DNA of 64,000 nucleotides. It comes from Solirubrobacteraceae bacterium (GTDB lineage Bacteria > Actinomycetota > Thermoleophilia > Solirubrobacterales > Solirubrobacteraceae). The position numbers were made by a program, and so were the translations under genes. Below, piece by piece: positions 27,075 through 36,425 of the stretch (positions are counted from its first letter, which is position 1; every line of letters starts with the position of its first letter). Where the stretch lies: assembly GCA_036510495.1 (NCBI GenBank), contig DATCDV010000004.1:128872-192871 (forward strand), in the 5' to 3' direction. A model generated the notes under the pieces. That model worked only from the letters and a program-made list of their open reading frames with translations, searched no databases and was not told where the DNA came from.

Positions 27075-29366
27075 TTAGTCGCGGTCGCGGCCGCCGTGGC
27101 GGGGACGACCCGAACCACGGTCACCGCTGGGACGCGGTGGGCGGCCCTCGCGTCCGTTACGGTCACCGCTGCGTGGCGGACGACCGCCGCCGCCGCCACC
27201 ACCACTGCCGACCGTGGCGAGCTCCTCGACGCTCTTGCCCGCGATCTCCGGGTCGTCGGCGAGGCGCAAGCCGATGCGTCCGCGCTCGCGGTCCACCTCG
27301 ACCACGCGCACGTTGATCTCATCGCCCTTGTTGAGCACATCCTCGACCGTGTCCACACGCTGGCCTGGTGACACATTGGAGATGTGCAGCAGCCCGTCGG
27401 TGCCCTTGGAGAGCTCGACGAAAGCGCCGAAGGTGGTGGTCTTTACGACCTTGCCAGCGAACTCGTCGCCGACCTCGACCTCCTTCATCATCGTGCGGAT
27501 GCGCTCCACCAGGGCGTCGCCGAGCGTGCCGTTGGCCGAGTAGACCAAGACCTGGCCCTCGTCGTTGACGTCGATCTGGGACTCGAACTCCTCGGAGAGG
27601 CCGCGGATCGTTTCGCCGCCCTTGCCGATCAACATGCCGATCTGCGACGGATCGATCTGGATCGTCTGGATGCGCGGAGCGTGCTCGGAGAGCTGCTCGC
27701 GCGGGCCCTCGATCGTCTCGGCCATCTTGCCGAGGATGAACGTGCGCGCCTTGTGCGCCTGTGTGAGCGCGTCCCTGAGGATGTCGAACGTGACGCCCGA
27801 TATCTTGATGTCCATCTGCAGGGCTGTGATGCCCTGATCGGTGCCGGCCACCTTGAAGTCCATGTCTCCCAGATGGTCCTCCACGCCCGCGATGTCGGTG
27901 AGCACGATGTAGTCATCGCCCTCCTTGATCAGGCCCATCGCGATACCAGCCACCGGGCGCTTGATCGGTACGCCCGCGTCCATCAACGACAGCGAGGAGC
28001 CACACACTGAGGCCATCGAGGACGAGCCGTTTGACTCGAAGATGTCCGAGACCACGCGGATCGTGTAGGGGAACTCCTCGATCGAGGGGATCACCGGAAC
28101 CAGCGCACGCTCGGCTAGCGCACCGTGGCCGATGTCGCGGCGCTTGGGGCCGAGACGCCCTGCCTCTCCGACCGAGAACGGCGGGAAGTTGTAGTGATGG
28201 AAGTAGTACTTCTTGGTCTGCAGTCCCAGCGTGTCAAGGCGCATCTCCTCCTTGAGCGTGCCCAGTGCGGCGGCGCTCAGTGCCTGGGTCTGACCACGCG
28301 TGAACAGGGCCGAGCCGTGCGTGCGCGGCGTGACGCCAACTTCGATCGTGATGTCGCGGATCTCGTCCTCCGCACGACCGTCGGGGCGCTTCTTGTGGAT
28401 CGCGATGCGCTCGCGGATGATCGCCTTCTCGAGCTTGTCGAAAGCGAGCTGCGCTTCCGCCCTCCTCGCCTTGGCTTGCTTGGCCGCCTCCTCGCCGGCG
28501 CCCTCGGGCGCGGCAGGGCCGTACTGCTCGAGGATCGCGCCCTCGACTGCCTTGCACGCGTCCTGGCGGTCGAGCTTGTCCTCGACCTGTGTGGCCTCGT
28601 CAAGCGCTGCGCCGTGCGATGCCTTCACTTTTGCAAGCAGATCCGGATCGACGCTAGGCGCGGTGATCGGGGTCTTCTCCTTGCCGACCTTCTCGGCCAG
28701 CTCGTGCTGCAGCGCGCAAATCTTCTTGATTGCGCTGTGGGCGATGTCCAGAGCGTCGAGGATCTCAGCCTCTGAGATCTCGTTGGCGCCGGCCTCCACC
28801 ATCAGGATCGCGTCCTCGGAGCCTGCGACGACGAGGTCGAGATCGGAGCTCTCGAGCAAGTCCTCCTCGTTGGGGTTGACGACGAAGTTGCCGTCGATCT
28901 TGCCGATCCGCACCGCGCCGACCGGGCCGGCGAAGGGGACATTGGAGATCATCAGCGCCGCAGAAGCGCCGTTCATCGCGAGGATGTCATACGGATTGAC
29001 GTGGTCCACCGAGATCGGGATCGCGACGAGATGCGTCTCGTAGTTCCAGCCCTTGGTGAACAGCGGGCGCAAGGGGCGGTCGATCATGCGCGCGGTCAGC
29101 GTCGCCTTCTCTCCCGAGCGACCCTCGCGCTTGAAGAACGAGCCGGGGATCTTCCCGGCGGAGTACATCCTCTCCTCCACATCCACTGTCAGCGGCAGGA
29201 AATCCACATCGCGCTGGCCACCTGCTGTGGCGGTTGAAAGGACCATCGTGTCGCCTTGACGGACGACCACTGCGCCGGAGGCCTGCTTGGCCATCCTGCC
29301 GGTCTCAAACGAGATCTCGCTACCTGCAATCTCCACGGAGACCCGTGTAACGGCGTTGCTGCTCAT
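27075..29366 (-). CDS. pnp: Polyribonucleotide nucleotidyltransferase
   Basis: FFKREGR, RTHGSALFTRGQTQ, ESNGSSSMASVC, GDMDFKVAGT, KH and S1 domains. Confidence 0.99.
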   Translation of the reverse strand: MSSNAVTRVSVEIAGSEISFETGRMAKQASGAVVVRQGDTMVLSTATAGGQRDVDFLPLTVDVEERMYSAGKIPGSFFKREGRSGEKATLTARMIDRPLRPLFTKGWNYETHLVAIPISVDHVNPYDILAMNGASAALMISNVPFAGPVGAVRIGKIDGNFVVNPNEEDLLESSDLDLVVAGSEDAILMVEAGANEISEAEILDALDIAHSAIKKICALQHELAEKVGKEKTPITAPSVDPDLLAKVKASHGAALDEATQVEDKLDRQDACKAVEGAILEQYGPAAPEGAGEEAAKQAKARRAEAQLAFDKLEKAIIRERIAIHKKRPDGRAEDEIRDITIEVGVTPRTHGSALFTRGQTQALSAAALGTLKEEMRLDTLGLQTKKYYFHHYNFPPFSVGEAGRLGPKRRDIGHGALAERALVPVIPSIEEFPYTIRVVSDIFESNGSSSMASVCGSSLSLMDAGVPIKRPVAGIAMGLIKEGDDYIVLTDIAGVEDHLGDMDFKVAGTDQGITALQMDIKISGVTFDILRDALTQAHKARTFILGKMAETIEGPREQLSEHAPRIQTIQIDPSQIGMLIGKGGETIRGLSEEFESQIDVNDEGQVLVYSANGTLGDALVERIRTMMKEVEVGDEFAGKVVKTTTFGAFVELSKGTDGLLHISNVSPGQRVDTVEDVLNKGDEINVRVVEVDRERGRIGLRLADDPEIAGKSVEELATVGSGGGGGGGRPPRSGDRNGREGRPPRPSGDRGSGRPRHGGRDRD

Positions 29367-29452
29367 ATTGAACTGCCTTCCCTCTCCACCCGTCGGTCGG
29401 CGGAGCCGTTTTCTTTTATCCTTGTATCCGAACGTGTGGAGCTTAGCGGACG

Positions 29453-29932
29453 CTAGACGTTCTTCAGTCCGCCAAGGATCATGTGCACGGGTGGAAGGTC
29501 CGCGGGCGATGGTGCCTGATAGCTCCAGCGCACGACGCCGTCGTTGCCGACGATCACAAGCGCACGCTGCGGGAAGCCGCCGGGATGCAGGACACCGAAT
29601 ACGGTGCAGGCGGCGCCCTTCGGCTCGAAGTCCGACAGCTGCGGGATGCTCACGCCGAGCTTCTCACGAAACGCTTTCTGTGACCAGCTGGAGTCACATG
29701 ACACGCCGTAGATCTCGGCGCCCTGCGCGGCGACCTCCGCCAGCGACTTCTCATATATCTGCAGCTGGTCGGTGCACACCGGGCTGAAGGCGAACGGGTA
29801 GAAGACGAACACGGTCGTCTTGCCTTGCAGGTCGCTTTGAGTGAACTCCTCGCCGCCTTCGGTGGCGAGGAGGAAGCCGGGCACCTTCGTGCCCGGGGCG
29901 AGCACGGTAGAAGCTGAGTCGGTGGCACTCAT
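29453..29932 (-). CDS. AhpE-like peroxiredoxin (AhpC/TSA family)
   Basis: FYPFAFSPVCTDQ peroxidatic motif, LSDF. Confidence 0.88.
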   Translation of the reverse strand: MSATDSASTVLAPGTKVPGFLLATEGGEEFTQSDLQGKTTVFVFYPFAFSPVCTDQLQIYEKSLAEVAAQGAEIYGVSCDSSWSQKAFREKLGVSIPQLSDFEPKGAACTVFGVLHPGGFPQRALVIVGNDGVVRWSYQAPSPADLPPVHMILGGLKNV

Positions 29933-29948
29933 CGCGGCACCGCCCAAC

Positions 29949-30218
29949 CTACTTACGTAGGCCGAGCTCCTTGATGAGGGCGCGGTAGCCCTCGAGGTCC
30001 TTGCGCCGCAGATAGTCGAGAAAGCGGCGACGGCGTCCGACGAGCATCAGCAGACCACGGCGCGAGTGGTGATCCTTGCTCTGCTCGCGCAGGTGCTCGG
30101 TGAGGTGGTTGATGCGCTCGGTCAACAGGGCCACCTGGACCTTGGTGTTGCCGGTGTCCTGCTCTCCGGCGCCGAACTTGGAGGCGATCTCTCGCTTGCG
30201 CTCTGTGGTGATCGTCAT
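29949..30218 (-). CDS. rpsO: 30S ribosomal protein S15
   Basis: [31 protein letters not shown]. Confidence 0.99.
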   Translation of the reverse strand: MTITTERKREIASKFGAGEQDTGNTKVQVALLTERINHLTEHLREQSKDHHSRRGLLMLVGRRRRFLDYLRRKDLEGYRALIKELGLRK

Positions 30219-30305
30219 AGCGGTCGCACAGGCTAGCAGCCCCGGGTGCCACGGGCCGCGCGCGTCGCGCGGGACAGCCTCATTGCGATGCCCCTGGCCC
30301 GGCGC

Positions 30306-31184
30306 TCACGAGCCGTGAGCGGCGGCGATCTCGCGCGTGCGCTCCACGTCACGGTGCATCTGCTCGACCAGATCCTCGGCCGAGGCGAAGCGCCGCTCGC
30401 CGCGCAGCCGAGAGAGGAAATCAAGCCGCAGCTGCTTGCCGTAGAGGTCGCCATCGAAGTCGAGGATGTAAGCCTCGATCAGCTCTCCGCGGCCCGTCAC
30501 GAACGTAGGGCGCACCCCGATGTTCACCGCGGCGGGAAGCCCGTCCGCCAGGCATGCGTAGACGCCATGGCCGGGGCACACGAGCGCGTCGTCGGGGATC
30601 AGATTGGCGGTCGGAAAGCCCAATTCGCGACCGCGCTGATCGCCGTGCACGACCTCGCCGCGCAATTGGAAGGGCGCACCGAGGAAGCGGGTTGCTTGCT
30701 CTACCTCCCCGGCGAGCACGAGCCCTCGGATGTGGCTGGAGGAGACAATCTCTCCCGCGACCTCGAGTAGGGCGGCCACGCGCGTCGAGAAGCGCTCGTC
30801 TTCGGCGAGCATCTGCGGATCGCCCTTGGCGCGGTTGCCGAAACGGAAGTTCTCGCCCACCGACACGTAAGTGGCGCCAAGCGAGTTGACGAGCACGTCA
30901 TCGATGAACTCCTGGGCGCTGCGCTTGGCAAAGTCCGCGTCGAAGGGAATCACGATCAACTCCTGAGCCCCAAGCGCCTCCACCAGCTCAGCCTTGACCT
31001 CCAGGGAGGTGAGCAGCTTTGGCGTGTGCTGTGGCGCCACGATCGCTGACGGGTGAGGGTCGAACGTGAGCACGCTATCCGAGCCACGGATCACCTCGCG
31101 GTGGCCGAGGTGGACGCCGTCGAAGGAACCGACAGCGACACGTCGCTCCTTGCCCTCCACATCGGGCAGCCGAGTGATCTTCAC
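30306..31184 (-). CDS. ribF: Riboflavin kinase/FAD synthetase
   Basis: GSFDGVHLGH, VGENFRFG, SSSHIR, GRELGFPTAN, GVRPT. Confidence 0.96.
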   Translation of the reverse strand: MKITRLPDVEGKERRVAVGSFDGVHLGHREVIRGSDSVLTFDPHPSAIVAPQHTPKLLTSLEVKAELVEALGAQELIVIPFDADFAKRSAQEFIDDVLVNSLGATYVSVGENFRFGNRAKGDPQMLAEDERFSTRVAALLEVAGEIVSSSHIRGLVLAGEVEQATRFLGAPFQLRGEVVHGDQRGRELGFPTANLIPDDALVCPGHGVYACLADGLPAAVNIGVRPTFVTGRGELIEAYILDFDGDLYGKQLRLDFLSRLRGERRFASAEDLVEQMHRDVERTREIAAAHGS

Positions 31185-31199
31185 GCTTGCAAGCCTATG

Positions 31200-31943
31200 T
31201 CACGGATGGCCTGTGCGCTTGGAAAGCCCGAAGGACTGCCCCCCGAAGCGCTCGGCTTGCGCAAGCGCGTGCTCGATGCTGAGCAGCGGTGGCTCATCCC
31301 ACGCGGTGTCACGTGAGGGTGGCGGTGGGACGGCCGCGTCAACGTCGAAAGGGCCGATGGCGGTGCGCCTGAGCTCTTGGCAGTAGGCGTCGCCGAGGTC
31401 GGCGATCAGTGAGCGCACGTATGTCCCGGAGGAACACTCGATCAGATAGGCGGCCTGGGCCGGTGCGCTCGCTGTGGCCTGCTCGCGCCATAGCTGCTCG
31501 AAGCGGCCGACGGTGACGATCCGCTCGGGCATCTGAAAGCTCTCGCCGCGCCGCGCCTTGCGATAGGCGCGCTCGCCTTTGACCTTGATGGCCGAGTAGA
31601 TTGGCGGACGCTGGCGGATCTCCCCGGTCGGCAGCAAGGGCGGATCGGGCGGTACGAGCCCCGTCTCGACGATTTCGCCCTCCGGGTCTCCGGTGCTGGA
31701 GCGCGCCCCAAGACGGGCGACGGTCTCGTAGCGCTTGGGCAGCTCCATGAGGTGGCGCTGGATACGCGTGGCGCGCCCCACGAGCACGATCAAGAGCCCG
31801 CTCGCAAAGGGGTCGAGCGTTCCAGCGTGGCCGGTCTTCGCTCCCGCGAGCGAGCGGCGCACGCGCGCGACGACGTCATGGGAGGTGATCCCCACCGGCT
31901 TGTCGATCAGCAGGACGCCGTCCATGTCGGTTCTGGAAGCCAT
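31200..31943 (-). CDS. truB: tRNA pseudouridine(55) synthase
   Basis: DKPVGITSHD, GHAGTLDPFASG, CSSGTYVRSL. Confidence 0.96.
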   Translation of the reverse strand: MASRTDMDGVLLIDKPVGITSHDVVARVRRSLAGAKTGHAGTLDPFASGLLIVLVGRATRIQRHLMELPKRYETVARLGARSSTGDPEGEIVETGLVPPDPPLLPTGEIRQRPPIYSAIKVKGERAYRKARRGESFQMPERIVTVGRFEQLWREQATASAPAQAAYLIECSSGTYVRSLIADLGDAYCQELRRTAIGPFDVDAAVPPPPSRDTAWDEPPLLSIEHALAQAERFGGQSFGLSKRTGHP

Positions 31944-31999
31944 GCGAGGATCTTGACGCGCAGCCGCGGCTGTGCGATGTGGAGTGGCCAGGGGAGCGC

Positions 32000-33034
32000 T
32001 CAGGCGAGCGTGGGGATCGCCGGTCCGTTCGGCGCCGGGTGCAGTTGCACGGCAATCTCGTGACGCAACAGCGCGATCAGCTCGGGCACCTCGAGCGTGG
32101 TTGAGAAGCCCGCCGCACGACGGTGGCCGCCGCCGCCCTGGGTGCGTGCGATCGCCGAGACGTCGACGTCGTCGGCTGTGGCGCGCAGCGAGACCTTGCG
32201 CTTTCCTGCGCTCTCAGGGGCTGTGAGCTCGCGGACGAGCACCGCGACCTTCGTGGCAAGGATCGAGCGCAGGTGATCGACGATCCCCTCGGAGAAGCTC
32301 TCCTGGGCGCCGACCCGCTCAAAGTCCTCCGCGGCGAGCGCCACGAGCGTCAGGGCGCCGTCGTCGAAGCGCTGGATGCGCTCGAGCGCTACGCCGAGCA
32401 GCGTGAGCTTGGCGAGCGGCAGATCCTCATACAGGCGTCGGTATACGTCGGCCACGTCCACGCCTGTTGCGATCAGCTCAGCGGCCATGCGGTGTGCGCG
32501 GGGCCCGGTGCTCTCGTACATGAAGCGGCCGGTGTCGGTGACGAGCCCGATGTACAGCGCCTCGGCGATGGCTGCCGTTGGCGCGACGTCGAGGCCGTGC
32601 ATCAAGTCCCACACGATCTCCGCCGTGCACGACGCGGAGGGGTCGACCAGGTTGACGGTACCGAACAGCGTGTTGTCGTGGTGGTGGTCGATGTTCAGCA
32701 GGTGCGCGCCATGCTGCAGCACGGCGGCTGGGTTACGGTCGATGTTGCCGCAATCGAGCATCACGACCGTGCGCTTGCCGATGTCCTCGGGGGTCACCTG
32801 GATCGCGTGCTCGAGCGCCGGGCAGCGGTACTCGCGCGGAAGCGGCAGGTCGCTATCGGAGATGAACATCTCCGAGTCCTTGCCGAGCGCGGTCAAGAGT
32901 CCGTGCATCCCGATCAGCGAGCCGAGCGCATCGCCGTCAGGGTTCTCGTGTGTGGCAACGACGAAGCTCGTGTCGCCACGGATTCGCTCGAGCACGAGCG
33001 CACGCGCACGCTGGATCGACTCGCCGGTGCTCAT
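32000..33034 (-). CDS. nrnA: DHH/DHHA1 oligoribonuclease/pAp phosphatase
   Basis: HENPDGDALGS, IDHH, TDTGRF, GGGGHRRAAG. Confidence 0.93.
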   Translation of the reverse strand: MSTGESIQRARALVLERIRGDTSFVVATHENPDGDALGSLIGMHGLLTALGKDSEMFISDSDLPLPREYRCPALEHAIQVTPEDIGKRTVVMLDCGNIDRNPAAVLQHGAHLLNIDHHHDNTLFGTVNLVDPSASCTAEIVWDLMHGLDVAPTAAIAEALYIGLVTDTGRFMYESTGPRAHRMAAELIATGVDVADVYRRLYEDLPLAKLTLLGVALERIQRFDDGALTLVALAAEDFERVGAQESFSEGIVDHLRSILATKVAVLVRELTAPESAGKRKVSLRATADDVDVSAIARTQGGGGHRRAAGFSTTLEVPELIALLRHEIAVQLHPAPNGPAIPTLA

Positions 33035-33384
33035 GCCTGCCCGGCGCCTGGCTCGGCGTCGATCAAGGCGTCGACGCGCATCGCTCGATCGGTCGTGTCG
33101 TCGTAGGAGAACTCGAGCGTCGGAGTGCGCTTCAGATGCAGCTCGCCGCCGATCCGCCTCTGCAGATACCCGTGTGCGCTGCGGAGGCCCTCAAGCGTCT
33201 CCTCACGCGTGTGCAGCTCGCCGAGCACGCTCACGTATACGCGGGCATGGCTCAAGTCGGCGCTTGTCTTGACATCGGTCACGGTCACGAATCCCACCCT
33301 CGGGTCCTTCAAGTCTGACGCCAGCGCATCGCCGATCACCTGCCTGATCGACTCGTCCACGCGGCGCATGCGCTCTGAGCTCAT
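33031..33384 (-). CDS. rbfA: Ribosome-binding factor A
   Basis: LKDPRVGFVTVT, KRTPTLEF; infB operon position. Confidence 0.96.
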   Translation of the reverse strand: MSSERMRRVDESIRQVIGDALASDLKDPRVGFVTVTDVKTSADLSHARVYVSVLGELHTREETLEGLRSAHGYLQRRIGGELHLKRTPTLEFSYDDTTDRAMRVDALIDAEPGAGQA

Positions 33385-33480
33385 CCTACCCGTCCATGCC
33401 CCTCGAAAGATTCGACTTGCACGGCCGCTTGCATGAGCATCCCCTCATGCCTGTCCACACACCTAACGAGTTTCTGGACC

Positions 33481-33594
33481 TGAGATGGGCTAGGGCCAAG
33501 CGAGACAAGGACGCAACAAGGACGCAGCGAGTGCGGTGTGCTTTGCACATAAACGAGCGAGGACGCAGTATCGCGCCAGCCATAGCCTATCTCA
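33481..33594. repeat. REP/MITE-like palindromic element, copy 2, between infB and rbfA
   Basis: Core matches 5301-5369 in reverse orientation; own imperfect flanking IR TGAGATGGGCTAGGGC/GCCATAGCCTATCTCA. Confidence 0.8.
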
Positions 33595-36036
33595 GGCGAG
33601 CTGGCGCTCTTGTAGGCGTGTCTCGTACGTCTCGAGGATGTCACCCTCGCGCAGGTCCTGGAAGTTGGTGAGCACGATTCCGCACTCGTAGCCGGCGCTC
33701 ACCTCGCGCGCGTCCTCGTTGAAGCGGCGCAGGCTGTCGATCGTGGTGTCATAGATCACGGTGCCCTCGCGCACCACCCTCACGCGTGCCCCGCGGGTGA
33801 CCTTGCCCTCGCTGACGTGCGAGCCGGCGATCACGCCGATGCGAGAGGCCCTGAACAGCTGGCGTACCTCCGCCTGGCCTAGCGAGGTCTCGACCTCGGT
33901 CGGCTCGAGCATTCCCTGCATCGCGGCGCGAAGCTCTTCGATCGCGCGGTAGATGACCGAGTAAGAGCGAATCTCGACGCCCTCACGGTCGGCGGCCTGG
34001 CGGGCGTCCCCGACGGGGCGCACGTTGAAGGCGAGGATCAGCCCGGAGGAGGCGGAGGCGAGCATCACGTCGGACTCGTTGATGCCACCCACACCGCGGT
34101 GGATGATGTTGACCGAGACCTCGTCCTGGGGCAGCTTTGCGATCTCGTCCTCGATCGCCTCGAGCGACCCGGCGACGTCCGCCTTGATGACGAGGCTGAG
34201 CTCCTTGACGGTGCCTTCCTGAGCAAGCTTGAAGACGTCCTCCAGCGACACCTTGCGTCCAGAGCGGCGTGCAAGCGCCTCGGTCTTCAGACGGTTGGCG
34301 CGCTCACCGGCGAGCTGACGGGCACGGCGCTCGTTCTCCACAGCGCGCACGAATTCTCCGGCCTCGGGCACTCCGTCGAAGCCGAGCACCTCAACCGGCT
34401 CGCCCGGTTCCGCTGTCTTCACGCGAGCGCCGATGAAGTTGTGCATCGCGCGCACCCGGCCGAAGCTCGCGCCGGCGACGAGCGCGTTACCCACTTCCAG
34501 CGTGCCACGCTGGATCAGGATGCTCACGACCGGTCCGCGGCCGGGATCGAGCTTTGACTCGATAACCGTGCCAGAGGCTGTGGCGTCGCGGTTGGCCTTG
34601 AGCTCCTCGAGATCTGTGACGACCTGGATCATCTCAAGCAGGCTGTCGAGGCCCTCACGGGTCTTGGCGCTGACGTCGACGAACTCGGTCTCCCCACCCC
34701 ACTCGGCGGGTTGCAACCCAAGCTGGGTGAGTTCGGTGCGGACGCGCTCGGGCTGGGCGCCCTCCTTGTCGATCTTGTTGACCGCCACCACGATCGGGAC
34801 TTCGGCTGCCTTGGCGTGGTCGATCGCCTCCTCTGTCTGCGGCTTGACTCCGTCATCGGCCGCCACGACGATCACGGCCAGATCGGTCACCTGCGCTCCA
34901 CGAGCGCGCATCGCGGTGAACGCTTCGTGGCCGGGGGTGTCGAGGAACGTGATCACCTTGTCGCCGTGATGGACCTGGTAGGCGCCGATGTGCTGCGTGA
35001 TGCCGCCCGCCTCCCCTGCCGCCACCTCGGTCTGGCGAATCGCGTCGAGCAGCGAGGTCTTGCCGTGGTCGACGTGGCCCATGATCGTGACCACCGGAGG
35101 GCGATCGACGAGATCCCCCTCAACGTCCTCGAACACGGGCTCGACTTCGACGTCGTCGGCCGCATGGACGATCTCGATCTTCTTTTCGAATTCGTCGGCG
35201 AGCACCTGAATCGCGTCGTCGGAGAGCGTCTGTGTGAGCGTGGCCATCTCACCGAGCATCATCAGCTTCTTGATGATCTCCGGGACCGGCACGCCGAGAT
35301 ACTCAGCTGCGTCCTTGACGGTCGAGCCCGAGTTGACGCGGATCAGGTCGGTGGCCTCCATCGCCGTGGTGTCGATCGGGGCGATCGTCTCGTCGTAGGT
35401 GCCCCTGCGCCGGCGCCCGCGCCGCGGGCGGCGCACGGGCTGGTTGGCCGGGCCGCCCTGCTGGCGACGCGAGGCCTGCGAGTCGATCACGACGCGACGG
35501 CGCCCTCCCGCGCCCGTGCTCGCCGGTGTGCGCTCACCGGTGCGCGAGTCGCGCGTAGGGCGCACCCGCTCGCCGGCTTGGCCACCAGGCGCGTCAGGGT
35601 TGGGAGCGCCCTCCGCGACGGGGTCGGCCTGGACGGGGCCTGTCGAGGCGGTGGCTTGCCTCGCGCTGGGCGTAACTTGACTATCGACAGGGGTAGCTTG
35701 GCCGTCGGCGGCGCCCCGATCATTGGGAGTGCTCTGCGCAGACGTCGCCGGAGTTGACGTAGCTTGAACGGACGTCGCTTGGGCCGGTGTCGTTTGAGCT
35801 GCGGCCTGAGGCGGCGCTCCGTCCGTCGAAGGCGTGGCCGTCGGGGCCGGCTTCGTGGCAGTAGCCGTTGGGGAGGCGCCGGCGCCGTTGCCCGCAAGCG
35901 CGCGTAGCGCGTCGGCCTCCTCGACCGAGGACGCAGCCGCCTTCGCGGCGACGCCGGCGGCTTGTAGCCGCTCGAGCAGGTCCTTACTCGAGAGGCCCTG
36001 CTCCTTTGCTATTTCGTGAACTCGCTTCTTGCTCAT
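33592..36036 (-). CDS. infB: Translation initiation factor IF-2
   Basis: [40 protein letters not shown]. Confidence 0.99.
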   Translation of the reverse strand: MSKKRVHEIAKEQGLSSKDLLERLQAAGVAAKAAASSVEEADALRALAGNGAGASPTATATKPAPTATPSTDGAPPQAAAQTTPAQATSVQATSTPATSAQSTPNDRGAADGQATPVDSQVTPSARQATASTGPVQADPVAEGAPNPDAPGGQAGERVRPTRDSRTGERTPASTGAGGRRRVVIDSQASRRQQGGPANQPVRRPRRGRRRRGTYDETIAPIDTTAMEATDLIRVNSGSTVKDAAEYLGVPVPEIIKKLMMLGEMATLTQTLSDDAIQVLADEFEKKIEIVHAADDVEVEPVFEDVEGDLVDRPPVVTIMGHVDHGKTSLLDAIRQTEVAAGEAGGITQHIGAYQVHHGDKVITFLDTPGHEAFTAMRARGAQVTDLAVIVVAADDGVKPQTEEAIDHAKAAEVPIVVAVNKIDKEGAQPERVRTELTQLGLQPAEWGGETEFVDVSAKTREGLDSLLEMIQVVTDLEELKANRDATASGTVIESKLDPGRGPVVSILIQRGTLEVGNALVAGASFGRVRAMHNFIGARVKTAEPGEPVEVLGFDGVPEAGEFVRAVENERRARQLAGERANRLKTEALARRSGRKVSLEDVFKLAQEGTVKELSLVIKADVAGSLEAIEDEIAKLPQDEVSVNIIHRGVGGINESDVMLASASSGLILAFNVRPVGDARQAADREGVEIRSYSVIYRAIEELRAAMQGMLEPTEVETSLGQAEVRQLFRASRIGVIAGSHVSEGKVTRGARVRVVREGTVIYDTTIDSLRRFNEDAREVSAGYECGIVLTNFQDLREGDILETYETRLQERQLA

Positions 36037-36425
36037 CGGTCAATCAGATCCTGAGGGGCCCGACCGAAGTCGCTAGACACTCGCCTTCGGCTCGCGTCCC
36101 CGTTTCGGCCAGCCGGACTGGTGTCCGGCTGGGCCACTCTTGTATTCGATTCTAGGAGCTCGACGGGAACCTCGACCGCGCGGCGAAAGGCGCGCTGTAG
36201 CGTGCCCCTCCTGGTTGCGAGCTTCATGCACTCTCGGCTCGGGTCCTGCAGGGACTTGGTGCGACAAACATACGCGCCGCGTCCGGGTAGCGTGCCGGAG
36301 CGATCAAGCGTCGCCGTGGGGCGACGCTCAGCTCCGACGGCGATGCTCGCCAGACGAATCAGCTCGGGCTTCGGCGCCAGGCGCCCGCACCCGACGCAGC
36401 GGCGTCGGGGGACATGGGCGGCTAT
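36033..36425 (-). CDS. ylxR: YlxR (DUF448) protein, probable non-canonical ATA start
   Basis: Frame missed by the ORF track reads HVPRRRCVGC...ELIRL...GRGAYVC...C; no in-frame ATG/GTG/TTG before 36227; ATA at 36425 overlaps the nusA stop, GAGGGG lies 8 nt upstream; stop overlaps the infB start (ATGA). Confidence 0.85.
   Translation of the reverse strand: MAAHVPRRRCVGCGRLAPKPELIRLASIAVGAERRPTATLDRSGTLPGRGAYVCRTKSLQDPSRECMKLATRRGTLQRAFRRAVEVPVELLESNTRVAQPDTSPAGRNGDASRRRVSSDFGRAPQDLIDR

Noticed and set aside
33386-33583. 65-aa ORF as DUF503/ylxP
   Set aside because: No resemblance to that family; the ORF runs through the REP-like element
35460-35960. Ala/Thr/Pro/Gln-rich N-terminal region of IF2
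   Set aside because: Variable low-complexity IF2 N-termini are normal in actinobacteria
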